NCBI GenBank assembly: GCA_031835245.2
Contig: JAVKOQ020000054.1
Location: 62,001-126,000 of the forward strand
Length of the DNA: 64,000 bases
DNA from: Balamuthia mandrillaris
Taxonomy: Eukaryota
Direction: 5' to 3'
In this document: one piece after another, positions 61,499 to 64,000 of the stretch
How positions within the stretch are numbered: position 1 is the stretch's first letter
Layout of the letters: every line of letters starts with the position of its first letter
Program-made: the position numbers and the translations under genes
The notes under the pieces: model-generated
Databases searched by the model: none
What the model was told of the DNA's origin: nothing
What the model saw: the letters and a program-made list of their open reading frames with translations, nothing else

Positions 61499-64000
61499 AT
61501 GGAAGCAATAGCATCCCGATCATCAAATACAAACCCTATCAAATCACAACAGACAAAACGCGTGGGTGCAGACGCAGCAGCCCACTTATCGGTTGGGGCA
61601 GCCATCACCTTCTACGAAACCTTTGAAGTCCAACAAGAAAAACTGGCAAAGCAGCAACAGCAACAGCAGGACGGGGTGGCTGCAATACAATCCGACATGA
61701 GCGAAGGAAAACGAATGCGAGCCAACGCCTTTTCTGTTGTGGAGGAGGAAGAGGAGGACGTAGGGCTGGGCGACAAAGCAGAAAACACGATGCACTTGAC
61801 GGAGCAGCTATTGCGAGAGCATGCCATCCAAGTGTGGATGCGAGAGGTACTGATGGAAGGTCCCTTTGATGAGCCTCAACACGTAGAGCCCTACAGCCTC
61901 ATACCTGATTTGAGGGATGGAATAAGGCTATGCAAACTGATGGAAACCTTGAAGCCTAAGTCCATTCCACGGATAAACACCGGCACGGTCTTTTTTCGCA
62001 ACAGAGAAAATATAAGCTTCTTCCTTGCTGCCTGCGAAGAATGGGGCGTTTCACGGTTCGACAGGTCAGTACAGCCACCTTGAGCCTTACTTGGGGAGAG
62101 AAGGAAAGAAAAAGATAGAGTGAAAGAGAAAGAGAGCGAGAGCGAGGAGGGCTGGAGGGAAGGAGAGCCTCTTCATTGCCCTTTATAAGGCTTACATTAC
62201 CCCTGACAACCATTTAAAGATTCAGGCTAGAAGACCTTTATGAAGATGAAAATTTTGGTGCCGTGGCGTAAGTGGACCTCTCCTCACACAGACATAACTT
62301 TGATATCTAATACTGCTTCTCTCACTGGAAAATAGAAACTGTCTGGAAAGGATTGGGGCCAAGGCCCACCGTGAACATAACTTCATCTTTAGCATTGCTC
62401 CAACGGAATATTACAAAACACTCGACCTAACATTTCCAAAAAGCAAAAAGCTTTGGATGACGCGCTGCTTGAGAAAAACCTTTTCGAAACGAAGAGCTAG
62501 TTTGGCTGGCTTCAAAATTTCCTTCCCACCAGGGCTGGATTTGAAACCTAATGGCTTTGCTAGCATGCGAGGTTCAAGCCCTGCTCAGAATAGCTTTCGC
62601 CATGCAGCATCTCCTTGTACATCTGGAGCAGCGGGTGCAGCCCATTCTCCTCAAACCGGACAGCGCCTTCTTAAATCGACGCTTCACAGTGATAAGCTCT
62701 TAGTGGAAGTCGCCTCGCACGGTGCTAGCAATGATAGACGTTTCCCTCAACATTATGAGCTTGAAACTTCCATAAAACGTATTGTGAAGGTACAGTGCCT
62801 ATGGCGGGGCAAGCTTGCACGCAAAGAGTACGCAAAGAAAGGTACGCCCGCAAAAAACTTCTCCGCATACGCATGAGCTCATGGAATCCAAACCCTCCAG
62901 TTCGAAGGGCCGCCTACCGTGAAAAAGTAGCAAGAGAAATACTGAGCACTGAAAAGACTTACGTGGAAATCTTGTCTAGGCTCATATGTTACTACTTACA
63001 GCCCATTGAAAACTTCCACAAAACAACTCTTCGTTTCGAGGGCATTTTAACTTTGATGAAGAATGCACGCATCATCTTCAGCTTTAACAGCGACTTGCTG
63101 CAATCATTAGATCCCCGCATCCAGGCCTGGTATCCTTGCCAGCAATTGGGTGACATATTTGTCCACGTGGTACATATCTCGACCATTTCCTGTGGAGGGA
63201 CTAGTCATGCAGATGTGCTAACCTTCTTTCCACCCGATTTTCCAACTCTAATGTACTGCATTGGTGGAATGCACAACAGGCGCAGTACCTGCGGCTCTAC
63301 ACGCAGTACGTTCGCGATTATGGACAGGCCCTGAACGACCTTCGAAATGCTAGAAGAGAATCCCCTGAGTTTGCGGAATGGGAAGAGGTGGGTTTTCTCA
63401 TTATTTTGTTTATTGCTTACTGTGGTTTTTTTCCCTCAAGAGAGGTCACCATCTTATTTGAATTATGCCTACGGGGTGTGCCTGCTGCCCCCGATATTTT
63501 GTTGTAATAGGGTATTAAAAACTTGGAAGAGGTAAAGGGGCAAGCCTTAACCACGTTGTTAATACAGCCCATTCAAAGAATCCCGAGGTACCTTCTGCTC
63601 CTGCAAGAGCTGCAGAAGCATACGGAAGAAGACCATGCAGACCATCAAGCCCTTCTCGAAGCGTTGCGGCTGATAACGGAAGTAGCTGCATTCATCGAGA
63701 AAAAGGCGGATGAGTCAGAGAACATAAGCAAAATGATCAGCATTCAGAGCAGATTGCAGGGCAAATACGTAAGTTTTAATCCGTTTTAATCTGTCCGTGG
63801 CTCTGTCCGTTTGTCTTTGTTTATATTGTGTTTCTGCTATGCTCCTGTTTTGTTCGTGTTCTTTGTTAATATCTTGGGGATGCCAAAACAGAGCGTGATA
63901 CAACCAGACAGGAAGCTAATAAAGGAGGGCTACATGGAGGTGTGGTCTAGGCGGAGTCGGAAGCAAAAGAAAAGGGTCATGTTTTTGTTCAACGATATTC
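61499..64000 (+). CDS. CH plus IQ plus DH-PH RhoGEF (runs off the right edge)
   Basis: CH: WMREVL..LRDGIRLCKLM..ENISFFLAACEEWGV. IQ: VKVQCLWRGKLARK. DH: EILSTEKTYV, LGDIF, LLIQPIQRIPRYLLLLQEL. PH start: RKLIKEGY..VMFLFNDI. Confidence 0.9.

Noticed and set aside
63125..63140. GTATCCTT U12-like donor in the RhoGEF
   Set aside because: It lies within continuous DH coding sequence (AWYPCQQLGDIF), so no intron is needed.

Overview
Gene-dense eukaryotic DNA with many short GT-AG introns, often filled with CT/GA or CAA microsatellites, and very short intergenic spacers. The gene content (RasGEF, RasGAP, RhoGAP, RhoGEF, RGS, Zn2Cys6, LolD-like ABC, EGF surface proteins) fits a free-living amoebozoan such as Balamuthia or Acanthamoeba; this is an inference. 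About 24 protein-coding genes can be assembled by hand; most other ORF-track entries are shadow frames or microsatellite read-throughs. Most notable: (1) a RasGEF fused to two bacterial-type XylR/V4R small-molecule sensor modules; (2) a PRMT5-like methyltransferase without the TIM barrel and with type-I-like Met and His at two product-specificity positions; (3) two U12-type AT-AC introns, in exportin-4 and in the RasGEF; (4) a RasGAP apparently fused to a CxxC peroxiredoxin-like domain; (5) an E2 (UBC)-F-box fusion; (6) a putative myristoylated pseudokinase with a BC-box. Gene boundaries and splice sites are manual predictions.
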